NCBI GenBank assembly: GCA_014653365.1
Contig: JACWEQ010000004.1
Span: forward strand, 40,997-104,996
From: Pelagibacterales bacterium SAG-MED49
GTDB lineage: Bacteria > Pseudomonadota > Alphaproteobacteria > Pelagibacterales > Pelagibacteraceae
Direction: 5' to 3'
DNA length: 64,000 nucleotides
Shown here: positions 32,602 to 41,719 of the stretch, piece by piece
Layout: every line of letters begins with the position of its first letter
Position numbering within the stretch: position 1 is the stretch's first letter
Notes under the pieces: generated by a model
Told to the model about the DNA's origin: nothing
Seen by the model: the letters and a program-made list of their open reading frames with translations, nothing else
The model's database searches: none
Made by a program: the position numbers and the translations under genes

Positions 32602-33603
32602 ATGTCAGATATGATTAAAATTGCAGTAGATGCAATGGGTGGAGATGGTTCACCAAAAAAAGTAATTGATGGGATAGTGCTTAACCATCAATCAAATGTA
32701 AATGTATTTTATAAAATTTTTGGTGATCAAAAAAAAATTACCCAATTAATAGATGGAAAAATTAATAAAAAATTCTATGAAATTCTTCATACTGATAATG
32801 TTGTTAAAAGTACTGATAGTCCCTTGGAGGGTGCAAAAAGAGGTAAAGATACAAGTATGTGGCTTGCAATTGAAAGTGTTAAAAACAAAGAGGCTGATAT
32901 TGTTGTGTCAGCAGGTAACACGGGTGCACTACTAGTTATTTCTAAATTAAATCTAAAAATGATAGAAAATATTGATAAACCAGCTTTATCAGCTCTATGG
33001 CCTAACAAAAAGTCAATGAGTGTTGTTTTAGATTTAGGAGCAAATATAGAATGTAGCTCTAAAAACTTATTAGATTTCTCAATTATGGGCGCATCTCTAT
33101 ACACATCATTGTACCCAAATGATAAACCTAATGTAGCTTTATTAAATATAGGTTCAGAAGAACTTAAAGGAAATGAAACTATAAAAGAAACTTATCAAAT
33201 TCTTAATGATAAAAAATCTGACAATTATAATTTTGCAGGTTACATTGAAGGAAATCATTTAATGGACGGTGAAGTTAATGTTATTGTTTCAGATGGTTTT
33301 ACAGGTAATGTTGCATTAAAAACAGCAGAAGGAACAGCTAACTTTATAACTGGCGAACTTAAAAAAGCTATGACAGGATCTATTATTAGTAAAATATCTT
33401 CACTTTTAAACATATCTAATCTTAAAAAATTTAAAAAGCGACTTGATCCAAGACTCTATAATGGGGCAATATTTATAGGTTTAGACTCGCCTGTTGTTAA
33501 AAGTCACGGTGGTACCGACTATATTGGCTTTTCGAACTCTCTAGATGTTTGTAATAGAATTATAAAAGGTAATTTGATAGAAAAGATTAAGCAAAATATT
33601 TAG
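32602..33603 (+). CDS. plsX: Phosphate acyltransferase PlsX
   Basis: AVDAMGGD, SAGNTGA, DLGAN, DGFTGNVALK, KSHG. Confidence 0.97.
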   Translation: MSDMIKIAVDAMGGDGSPKKVIDGIVLNHQSNVNVFYKIFGDQKKITQLIDGKINKKFYEILHTDNVVKSTDSPLEGAKRGKDTSMWLAIESVKNKEADIVVSAGNTGALLVISKLNLKMIENIDKPALSALWPNKKSMSVVLDLGANIECSSKNLLDFSIMGASLYTSLYPNDKPNVALLNIGSEELKGNETIKETYQILNDKKSDNYNFAGYIEGNHLMDGEVNVIVSDGFTGNVALKTAEGTANFITGELKKAMTGSIISKISSLLNISNLKKFKKRLDPRLYNGAIFIGLDSPVVKSHGGTDYIGFSNSLDVCNRIIKGNLIEKIKQNI

Positions 33604-33607
33604 ATAA

Positions 33608-33907
33608 ATGAGAATAAACTTAACTAAAAAAGACTTAGTTAATTTAGTTTATATGCAACTAGGTTTTTCAAAACAAATATCAGAAAATCTTATTGAAGAT
33701 TTTTTATCAACTATTGTTACAAACATAAAACATGAAAAAAAACTTAAGTTATCTAAATTTGGAACATTCTCTATTAGACAAAAAAAATCTCGTATTGGAA
33801 GAAATCCAAAAACTAAAGAAACTAAAACCATATCAAGCAGAAATGTTGTTTTGTTTAAAGCATCAAAAGAATTTAAAGAATTTATTAATTTAAAAAATAA
33901 TGGATAA
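33608..33907 (+). CDS. ihfA: Integration host factor alpha
   Basis: FGTF...RIGRNPKT; position after plsX. Confidence 0.88.
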   Translation: MRINLTKKDLVNLVYMQLGFSKQISENLIEDFLSTIVTNIKHEKKLKLSKFGTFSIRQKKSRIGRNPKTKETKTISSRNVVLFKASKEFKEFINLKNNG

Positions 33908-34271
33908 GTTAGACAGCGCTTATAAGACAATAGGTGAGGTTGCTGAAATTCTTAAACTTAAATCTAACAAAAATGGTATTTTACCAACACACACAATTAG
34001 ATTTTGGGAAACACAGTTTAAACAAATAAAGCCTAAAATTTTAAATGCTAATAGGAGATATTATGATGAAAATTGTATCAATCTGCTTAAAAAAGTTAAA
34101 TTTCTACTTAAAGATCAAGGTATGACTATAAATGGAGTTAAAAAGATATTAAATAGTGGTGAAAGTTTAGAACTTGACGAAATGGCAAATAATTCTATAA
34201 AAGCTGATAATTTAAGAAATAAATTAGTTAAGATTTCTAAAATTGTTAAAAACTTAAAAAACTTTAAATAA
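33900..34271 (+). CDS. MerR family transcriptional regulator
   Basis: TIGEVAE...HTIRFWETQF...RRYY...GMTINGVK. Confidence 0.9.
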   Translation: MDKLDSAYKTIGEVAEILKLKSNKNGILPTHTIRFWETQFKQIKPKILNANRRYYDENCINLLKKVKFLLKDQGMTINGVKKILNSGESLELDEMANNSIKADNLRNKLVKISKIVKNLKNFK

Positions 34272-34272
34272 C

Positions 34273-34464
34273 ATGGCAAAAAAAACACACGTAAAAGTTA
34301 GATTGGTACCTGAGGCTAAACCTGATAGTTCATTTTTCTACTATGTAAAAAAACCAGCGGGTGGTGAAAAAGCTAAAGTTAAATTATCGGCAAAAAAATA
34401 CAATCCAGCTACAAGAAAGCATGAAAATTTTGTGGAAAAAAAACTTCCACCTCATAGCAAATAA
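34273..34464 (+). CDS. rpmG: 50S ribosomal protein L33
   Basis: MAKK...VRLV...KKYNPATRKH..FVEKK. Confidence 0.88.
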   Translation: MAKKTHVKVRLVPEAKPDSSFFYYVKKPAGGEKAKVKLSAKKYNPATRKHENFVEKKLPPHSK

Positions 34465-34755
34465 TTATTTTTTTTTAAAATTTCTTCGCTCGTAATCTAT
34501 ATATGACCAAATCATATTTTTCCAAATACGATTAGTTATTTTAGGATCTATGTTAAGTTTTTTTGATTTTCCTTTAATCTTCTTTAAAATAAAATTAATT
34601 CTTTTTTTATCAACAATCTCTTTTTTGAATTCTTTTAGCTTAAGGACTTCTTTTACTAAACCCGTTCTGTTTTTGATTAAAGACAGCAACTTATTGTCGA
34701 GTTTATCTAGTTTTACTCTAATTATGTTTAGTTTTTTTTTATTTTTAGGCGACAT
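34465..34755 (-). CDS. Chorismate mutase (AroQ type)
   Basis: IRVKLDKLDNKLLSLIKNR...K...IVDKKR. Confidence 0.85.
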   Translation of the reverse strand: MSPKNKKKLNIIRVKLDKLDNKLLSLIKNRTGLVKEVLKLKEFKKEIVDKKRINFILKKIKGKSKKLNIDPKITNRIWKNMIWSYIDYERRNFKKK

Positions 34756-34797
34756 TAATTCAATTGGTTAATAAAATTATTATTATATGTATTAAAT

Positions 34798-35808
34798 ATG
34801 TTTGTAAACATTGATCCCTATACTAAGTTTATTCGAATATGGCTATTATCAATATTTTCGTTGGTAATTATTATAATTATTGTTGGTGGATTAACTAGAC
34901 TAACTGACTCAGGCTTATCGATAACAGAGTGGGAATTATTTAAAGGTGTTTTACCACCTTTAGATGTTGAAAAATGGAATTTTTATTTCAATGAATATAA
35001 AAAAATACCTGAATTCAAGTCTATTAATTACAATATGACACTTGATGAATTTAAAGTAATTTATTATTGGGAATATGCTCATAGGTTAATTGCTCGATTA
35101 ATTGGTCTAGTTTCAATTCTACCAATAGCAATAATATTTCTTAAATATAAAGTTAAATTATCAAAAGATTTAAAATATTTATCAATATTTGCGCTAGTTT
35201 GTTTTCAAGGTTTTCTTGGATGGTTTATGGTGAAAAGTGGATTAATTAATAACACAGATGTAAGTCATTATCGTTTAGCGTCACATTTGAGTGTTGCTTT
35301 GATAATCCTTTCATTAACATTCTGGTTCATATTGGAAAATTTAAAGATTAATAAATTTTCTATTAACATCAATAATCATTTTCTTAGTATTTTTTTTATT
35401 ACAATTATTATTCAAATAATCTTAGGAGCCTTTTTAGCAGGTTTAAATGGAGGTTTGTTGTACAATTCCTGGCCTGATATGAATGGCAGCTTTATTCCTG
35501 ATGATACTATTATAACTGATTTATATAATTTGGAATCTTTAAATAATGCATCGGTAATCCAGTTCTATCATCGATTAGTTGCTTACATTTTGATATTATT
35601 CTTAATAATCCTAAATTATTTTTTCTATAAAAATAAAATTGAGTTAAAGCCAATAATATTTTTTAACTTTGCTATACTGTTTCAAGTAATTTTAGGAATT
35701 GTGACTTTGATAACTGGTGTAAAAATTTATTATGCCTCTTTACACCAGCTAGGTTCTGTTTTTGTTTTATCTAGTTTTCTTTTTATTTATTATAAAAATA
35801 CTAACTAA
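34798..35808 (+). CDS. ctaA: Heme A synthase (COX15/CtaA type 2)
   Basis: GGLTRLTDSGLSITEW, WEYAHR, SHYRLASH, HQ. Confidence 0.95.
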   Translation: MFVNIDPYTKFIRIWLLSIFSLVIIIIIVGGLTRLTDSGLSITEWELFKGVLPPLDVEKWNFYFNEYKKIPEFKSINYNMTLDEFKVIYYWEYAHRLIARLIGLVSILPIAIIFLKYKVKLSKDLKYLSIFALVCFQGFLGWFMVKSGLINNTDVSHYRLASHLSVALIILSLTFWFILENLKINKFSININNHFLSIFFITIIIQIILGAFLAGLNGGLLYNSWPDMNGSFIPDDTIITDLYNLESLNNASVIQFYHRLVAYILILFLIILNYFFYKNKIELKPIIFFNFAILFQVILGIVTLITGVKIYYASLHQLGSVFVLSSFLFIYYKNTN

Positions 35809-37129
35809 CAGCTTTCAAATCACCTTTAGAAGATTTGTTTAAAGCTTGATCTAAATCTTCAATAATGTCGTCTATATGTTCAATACCTATGCACAGTCTT
35901 ACATAACTTTGAGTAACACCTGATGCAGCAAGTTCGTCTTCATTTAATTGACTGTGAGTTGTTGTTGCAGGGTGTATAGCCAAACTTCTTGCATCACCAA
36001 TATTTGCTACATGATAAAACATTTTTAAAGATTCAATAAATCTTTTACCAGCGTCAATACCACCTTTTAATTCAATCCCAACCATTGGACCATTTCCACC
36101 TTTTAGATATTGCTTTGCTCTATCAGCGATAGGCTTGTCATGTTCAGTCGAATAAATGACTTTTGTGATTTCACTGTGTTTTTTCAAATAGTTAACAACT
36201 TTCTCTGCATTCTCACAATGTTGTTTCATTCTAAGAGCCACTGTTTCAAGTCCCTGTATAATGGCAAAAGCATTATCTGGTGAACAAGCTGAGCCAAGAT
36301 CTCTTAATAAACAAACTCTTGCTCTTACAGCAAATGGTATATTTGCACCTGTAAGTTCTGGTACAACTTTACCCCAAATTGCACCCCCATAACTTGCATC
36401 TGGTTCATTAAATAATGGCTGTCTTTTTGGATCTGCTGTCCAATCAAAATTACCACTATCAACAATACTTCCTGCTACAGCAGTACCGTGTCCACCAATA
36501 TATTTTGTTAAAGAGTGAATTACTACAGCTGCTCCATGTTCAATCGGTTTACAAATTACAGGCGCTGCTGTGTTGTCCATTATTAATGGTATATTATATT
36601 TTCGACCTATATCTGATACCTCTTTTATCGGAAAAACTCTTAAATATGGATTAGGTAAAGTTTCTCCATAAAAAGCTCTAGTTCTATCATCTATTACTTT
36701 TTCAAAGTTCTTAGGATCACTTGGATCTGCATACCTAATTTCAATACCAAGTTTACTTAATGTGTGTGTAAATAATGATACAGTTCCACCATAAAGATCT
36801 GTTGAGCTAACAATATTGTCCCCAGCTTGAGCAACATTTAAAATTGCAAAAGTTGAAGCTGTTTGCCCAGATGCGACTGTTAAACATGCTAAACCTCCTT
36901 CTAGTGCCGCAACTCTTTTTTCTAATACATCATTTGTTGGATTCATGATTCTTGTATAAATATTGCCAAATTCTTTTAAGGCAAAAAGGTTTGCTGCATG
37001 TTCAGTGCTATTGAACAGATAAGATGTAGTTCTATAAATAGGGACGGCTACAGCATTAGTTGTTGGATCACTTCTATAATCACCACCATGAATGGCGATA
37101 GTTTCTGGATTATTTCTTTTTGTACTCAT
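35801..37129 (-). CDS. metY: O-acetylhomoserine sulfhydrylase
   Basis: GNIYTRIMNPT, HSLTKYIGGHG, ANIGDARSL, HPATTTH. Confidence 0.95.
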   Translation of the reverse strand: MSTKRNNPETIAIHGGDYRSDPTTNAVAVPIYRTTSYLFNSTEHAANLFALKEFGNIYTRIMNPTNDVLEKRVAALEGGLACLTVASGQTASTFAILNVAQAGDNIVSSTDLYGGTVSLFTHTLSKLGIEIRYADPSDPKNFEKVIDDRTRAFYGETLPNPYLRVFPIKEVSDIGRKYNIPLIMDNTAAPVICKPIEHGAAVVIHSLTKYIGGHGTAVAGSIVDSGNFDWTADPKRQPLFNEPDASYGGAIWGKVVPELTGANIPFAVRARVCLLRDLGSACSPDNAFAIIQGLETVALRMKQHCENAEKVVNYLKKHSEITKVIYSTEHDKPIADRAKQYLKGGNGPMVGIELKGGIDAGKRFIESLKMFYHVANIGDARSLAIHPATTTHSQLNEDELAASGVTQSYVRLCIGIEHIDDIIEDLDQALNKSSKGDLKAVS

Positions 37130-37134
37130 TTTTA

Positions 37135-37190
37135 CTCCTTTTTTAGTGCTTTAACTTTATGTAAGGCGCACAATACAGTTCAAATGCCTG
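37135..37190 (-). ncRNA. SAM-V riboswitch controlling metY translation
   Basis: Minus strand AGGCAUUUGAACUGUAUUGUGCGCCU...AAAGCACUAAAAAAGGAG: P1 AGGC/GCCU, pseudoknot GUGC/GCAC, 3' tail runs into the SD AAGGAG 5 nt before ATG. Confidence 0.9.
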
Positions 37191-37209
37191 CCGATTATGT
37201 TATAGAAAT

Positions 37210-37253
37210 TCCTGTTTAGCAGTTTTATGCCCGCAATAGGATCAAATCGGCAA
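37210..37253 (-). ncRNA. SAM-II riboswitch (upstream partner of the tandem)
   Basis: Minus strand UGCCGAUUUGAUCCUAUUGCGGGCAUAAAACUGCUAAACAGGA matches the SAM-II pattern (GAUUU..CC..UUGC..GCUAAA..GG). Confidence 0.8.
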
Positions 37254-37336
37254 GTAGTTTTTAGCAGAATAGATATGTTTTACAAGGCAAATATCAAATT
37301 GACTTTGTAATTAATAATAGTATTAATCCTGGCACA

Positions 37337-37795
37337 ATGACAAAATTCGTTAAAAAAGACCAGATAACTTCATCGTGGTATGAAATAGACGCTACTAATG
37401 CAGTGGTTGGAAGACTAGCAACAGTTATCTCTAAAATCATAAGAGGAAAAAATAAAGCTACTTATACACCCCATATGGATCATGGAGATTTTGTTGTAGT
37501 TAAAAATATTGAACAAGCAAAATTTACAGGTAAGAAATTTGAAGATAAGATTTACTACCGACACACAGGACACCCAGGTGGAATAAAAGAAACAACACCT
37601 GAAAAACTTCACGAAAAAAAACCAGGTGAAACATTAAAGTTAGCAGTCAAAAGAATGTTGCCGGGTGGTGTTTTAGGTAGAAAACAATTAACTAAATTAA
37701 AGATTTATTCTGGAAGCGATCATCCTCATTCAGCTCAAAATCCACAAGTTATAGAATTAGGAAAACTAAACAGTAAAAACTTAGTAAGAAATTAA
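37337..37795 (+). CDS. rplM: 50S ribosomal protein L13
   Basis: VVGRLA, YTPHMDHGD, HTGHPGG, HPHSAQ. Confidence 0.98.
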   Translation: MTKFVKKDQITSSWYEIDATNAVVGRLATVISKIIRGKNKATYTPHMDHGDFVVVKNIEQAKFTGKKFEDKIYYRHTGHPGGIKETTPEKLHEKKPGETLKLAVKRMLPGGVLGRKQLTKLKIYSGSDHPHSAQNPQVIELGKLNSKNLVRN

Positions 37796-37796
37796 T

Positions 37797-38234
37797 ATGG
37801 AAAACACTCAGACAACAACAAAAACACCAAAACTTAAATTAGATTTTAAAGATAGCAAATATGCTACAGGAAGAAGAAAAACTTCAATAGCTAAAGTTTG
37901 GTTAAAAAAGGGTACTGGAAAAATTTATGTTAACGGTAAATTGTTTAATGAATATTTTTCAAGTGAATTTCATCATCTTCAAATAACTAGACCTTTCGAT
38001 ATTATCAATCAATCTACTGATTATGATGTGAGATGCAGCGTGAGTGGAGGTGGGCCTACTGGACAAGCTGGAGCAATGGTTCACGGTATTTCTAAAGCTT
38101 TAGTTATGTTTGATGAAAATTTAAAAGCTACTCTAAAGACAGAGAAACTTACCACCAGAGATTCCAGAGCTGTAGAGAGAAAAAAACCTGGCAGAAGAAA
38201 AGCTAGAAGAAGCTTCCAATTCTCTAAAAGATAA
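37797..38234 (+). CDS. rpsI: 30S ribosomal protein S9
   Basis: TGRRK, GGGPTGQAGA, ERKKPG, QFSKR. Confidence 0.98.
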   Translation: MENTQTTTKTPKLKLDFKDSKYATGRRKTSIAKVWLKKGTGKIYVNGKLFNEYFSSEFHHLQITRPFDIINQSTDYDVRCSVSGGGPTGQAGAMVHGISKALVMFDENLKATLKTEKLTTRDSRAVERKKPGRRKARRSFQFSKR

Positions 38235-38267
38235 TTCTTTTTTAATTTTAAACTGTTATAATAAATT

Positions 38268-39287
38268 ATGCCTAAGCTTAATGCATTAGTTGCTGGATCA
38301 ACTGGATATATTGGAGTTCAATTAATAAAACTATTAGTTAAACATAAATATATTAATATTAAATACTTGTGTGGAAATAGATCTGTTGGAAAAAAAATCT
38401 CTAGTTATGATAAATCCCTAACTAATAAAAAGTTACCTAAAATTATTAAATTCAGTAAAAATCTTTTAAGAGATATCGATGTAATTTTTACAGCATTACC
38501 AAATGGGGAAGCTCAAGATATTTCAAAATATTTAACAAAAAATATTACTTTAATAGATTTAGCGGCAGATTTTAGATTAGAAAAAAGTTCTGATTATCTT
38601 AAATGGTATAAGCAAAAACATAGAGCAGCAAATTTAATCAAAAAAAGTTTATATGTGCTTCCTGAGATTAATGGCAAAGACTTAAAGAAATATCAGATCA
38701 TTTCATGTCCTGGGTGTTACCCAACTTCAATATTACTACCCTTAATACCTTTGTTTAAAAGTAATTTAATAAAAAGTAAAAATATTATTATGGATTCAAA
38801 ATCTGGTTATTCAGGTGCTGGAAGAGGTGTACATAAAAAACATAAAGATAAAAATCTTTATGAGTCATTAAGTGCATATGGTGTCGGTTTTCATCGTCAC
38901 AACTCAGAGATAGAACAAATGTTAAAAAAATTTACTAAAAAGGAACTTAATTTTCATTTTACTCCTCATTTATCACCTATGTTTAGAGGAATATTAAGCA
39001 CTATTTATATTGATTTAGAAAAAGACATAACACAATCTAACGTTATTAAAAAACTTTCTGATTTTTATAAAAAAGATCACTTTGTCAAAATTTTAAAACC
39101 AGATAGTTTGATCAGCACAAATGATGTAATTGGCACAAATAATTGCTTCATATCAGTTTGTAAATCTAAATATAAGAATAAACTAATTATACTTTCTGCA
39201 ATAGATAATTTGATTAAAGGTGGAGCAGGTCAGGCTATACAAAATTTAAATATGAAATTTAATTTTCCATTAAAAACTGCTTTGTAA
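38268..39287 (+). CDS. argC: N-acetyl-gamma-glutamyl-phosphate reductase
   Basis: GSTGYIG, PGCYPT, SGYSGAGR, DNLIKGGAGQA. Confidence 0.96.
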   Translation: MPKLNALVAGSTGYIGVQLIKLLVKHKYINIKYLCGNRSVGKKISSYDKSLTNKKLPKIIKFSKNLLRDIDVIFTALPNGEAQDISKYLTKNITLIDLAADFRLEKSSDYLKWYKQKHRAANLIKKSLYVLPEINGKDLKKYQIISCPGCYPTSILLPLIPLFKSNLIKSKNIIMDSKSGYSGAGRGVHKKHKDKNLYESLSAYGVGFHRHNSEIEQMLKKFTKKELNFHFTPHLSPMFRGILSTIYIDLEKDITQSNVIKKLSDFYKKDHFVKILKPDSLISTNDVIGTNNCFISVCKSKYKNKLIILSAIDNLIKGGAGQAIQNLNMKFNFPLKTAL

Positions 39288-39511
39288 TGAAATTAATTTT
39301 TTTCTTAACATTATTATTATTAAATAATTGTTCATTAAATCAAGATTCTAAATATTGGACTGAAGATGTTGAAAAAAGAGAAGAGACAAAAAAAAAATTA
39401 TCTAAAATATTAAAAAAGACTGATGATATAACAACTATGACCCTGGAGGAGTATGAGATTTATATAGATGACTATACAAAAAAAAGTAAATATCCAGATA
39501 TAAGCCAATGA
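39287..39511 (+). CDS. Small hypothetical lipoprotein
   Basis: Signal peptide ending LNNC; overlaps both neighbours (TAATG, ATGA). Confidence 0.7.
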   Translation: MKLIFFLTLLLLNNCSLNQDSKYWTEDVEKREETKKKLSKILKKTDDITTMTLEEYEIYIDDYTKKSKYPDISQ

Positions 39512-40800
39512 AAAATAATATAAATATTGCTGTCGTAGGTCTTGGACAAGTTGGAAGTTATTTACTTAATGAATTAAATACTAAAAAAAAAGATATAGAA
39601 CTTAAAACAGGTAAAAAAATAAATGTTGTTGCCGTGTCTGCAAGAAATATTAATAAAAAAAGACAGTTTAAAATTGATAAGAAAATATTTTTTAAAAATC
39701 CTTTGGAAATTTTTAATAAAAAAAAAGTTGATATTTTATTTGAAGCAATAGGTCTGTCGGATGGTATTTCAAAAAAAATTGTTGAAACTGCCTTAAAAAA
39801 TAAAATACATGTAATTACACCTAATAAAGCTTTAATATCAAAACATGGAAATGATTTAGCTAAACTTGCTGAAAAAAATAATGTTAATTTAGAATTTGAA
39901 GCATCTGTAGCTGGAGGGATCCCTGTATTAAGATCTATTAAAGAGGGGTTAGCGACTAATAAAATTTCAAAAGTTTATGGAATTTTAAATGGCACATCAA
40001 ATTACATCTTAACAGAGATGGAAAACTCTAACTCAAATTTTTCAGAAGTTCTTAAAAAAGCACAAAAACTTGGTTATGCTGAACCTGGTAATCCTAAATT
40101 GGATCTAAACGGTTTTGATGCTTTTGCAAAAGTAAGAATTTTATCAGCACTTGCATTTCATAGTAAAATTTCAAAATATAAATGTCTGATGGAAGGTATA
40201 GAGAAAATTGAATTAAAAGATATTAAGATTGCAAATCAATTAGATCTAAGAGTTAAACTATTGGGTATTTCAGAACTAAAAAATAACCAACTTTTTGAAA
40301 CTGTTCATCCATGTCTTGTTAGTAAGAAATCTTATATTGGCAATGTTAATGGTGTGATGAATGCAGTTATAATAGAAGGAAAGCCTGTAGGTGAAAGCAT
40401 CTTACAAGGTGAGGGTGCGGGACCTGGACCTACTTCATCTGCTTTACTATCTGATTTATTATCAATTTTAAGAGGCAATATTAAAAACCCATTTGGTGTT
40501 AAAGTCTCCAAGCTCAAATCTTTAAAAGCTTATAATTCAAATAACTATATTAATTCTTTATATCTAAGATTCGAAGTTAAGGATAAACCAGGTGTATTAT
40601 CTCAAATTACTAATCGTTTAGCTAAGTATAAAATATCAATAAAGCGAATTATTCAAACCCCTGATAAAAAAAATAATAGAGCTACTATAGTTATCATCAC
40701 TCATAAGACGTCAGAACTAAATTGTAGTAATTGCCTATCTATCTTTAAGAAGAATAAGAATATACTTAAAAATCCAATATTAATTAGATTACTTGGTTAA
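39508..40800 (+). CDS. hom: Homoserine dehydrogenase
   Basis: GLGQVG, FEASVAGGIP, GILNGTSNYIL, GEGAG, ACT domain. Confidence 0.96.
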   Translation: MKNNINIAVVGLGQVGSYLLNELNTKKKDIELKTGKKINVVAVSARNINKKRQFKIDKKIFFKNPLEIFNKKKVDILFEAIGLSDGISKKIVETALKNKIHVITPNKALISKHGNDLAKLAEKNNVNLEFEASVAGGIPVLRSIKEGLATNKISKVYGILNGTSNYILTEMENSNSNFSEVLKKAQKLGYAEPGNPKLDLNGFDAFAKVRILSALAFHSKISKYKCLMEGIEKIELKDIKIANQLDLRVKLLGISELKNNQLFETVHPCLVSKKSYIGNVNGVMNAVIIEGKPVGESILQGEGAGPGPTSSALLSDLLSILRGNIKNPFGVKVSKLKSLKAYNSNNYINSLYLRFEVKDKPGVLSQITNRLAKYKISIKRIIQTPDKKNNRATIVIITHKTSELNCSNCLSIFKKNKNILKNPILIRLLG

Positions 40801-41702
40801 TGGATTTATATCTAAAACTCTTTGAGGTTTTATTTCCTGTTTTTTTTGTTGTTGGTATTGGTTACTATTTGGGAAAAAAAAATCCAAAAATAGACACAGC
40901 ATTCATAACAAATTTTGCCGCAAATGTAGGTACACCTGCAATGATAATTTATGCATTAACAGCTACAGGAACGTCATTTGAAATATTTAAAAATTATTTT
41001 TGGTATTACTTTATTGCAATTATAATTTTTTCTTTAATTGGTATCATTATTTTATTTTTACTTAATACCAAAGATATTATTCGTGAATTACCTCCTTTTA
41101 TAATGCCTAACACTGGTAATATGGGTCTACCTATATGCTTGTTTGCTTATGGATCTCAAGGTCTAGGTGTTGCAGCTGCAATCTCAGCCTTGATAATATT
41201 AAGTCATTTTACATTAGGTATATTTCTTGCTGCTAGAAAATTTAATTTTGATGTAATTCTTAAAAGTCCTCCATTTTATACAATTATAATTTCTATTTTT
41301 TTACTTTATTTTGAAATTAAGACGCCAGTTTTTATTGAAAACACAACTTTTTTATTAATGTATGCAACTATATTTTTAATTTTGATGTCTTTAGGTATTG
41401 CACTTACACGATTTAAAGTCTTCTCTTTTAAAAAAGCATTAATATCATCAATTGGTAGAGTTATCGCTGGCCCTATCGTAGGTTTTTTATTGATAAGATA
41501 TTTTAATTTAACAGGATTTGCTGCGGGTGTTCTATTAATCCAGTGTTCAATGCCGTCTGCTGTATTAAATTATCTTGTTGCTTCAATTTATTCACCAAAA
41601 AAAATTATTGATAGTGTTGCTAGCACTATTGTCGTTTCAACATTAATGTCATTTATCACAATTCCAATTGTGGTATTCTTTGCTTTAAAGTATTTCAATT
41701 AA
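40800..41702 (+). CDS. AEC (auxin efflux carrier/malate permease) family transporter
   Basis: PNTGNMGLP, MPSAV motifs; about 10 hydrophobic segments. Confidence 0.88.
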   Translation: MDLYLKLFEVLFPVFFVVGIGYYLGKKNPKIDTAFITNFAANVGTPAMIIYALTATGTSFEIFKNYFWYYFIAIIIFSLIGIIILFLLNTKDIIRELPPFIMPNTGNMGLPICLFAYGSQGLGVAAAISALIILSHFTLGIFLAARKFNFDVILKSPPFYTIIISIFLLYFEIKTPVFIENTTFLLMYATIFLILMSLGIALTRFKVFSFKKALISSIGRVIAGPIVGFLLIRYFNLTGFAAGVLLIQCSMPSAVLNYLVASIYSPKKIIDSVASTIVVSTLMSFITIPIVVFFALKYFN

Positions 41703-41719
41703 ATAGTATCAATTGGCTT

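Noticed and set aside
36998-37219. Plus-strand 73-aa ORF over the metY leader
   Set aside because: Antisense to metY and its riboswitches; the higher GC is explained by RNA structure.
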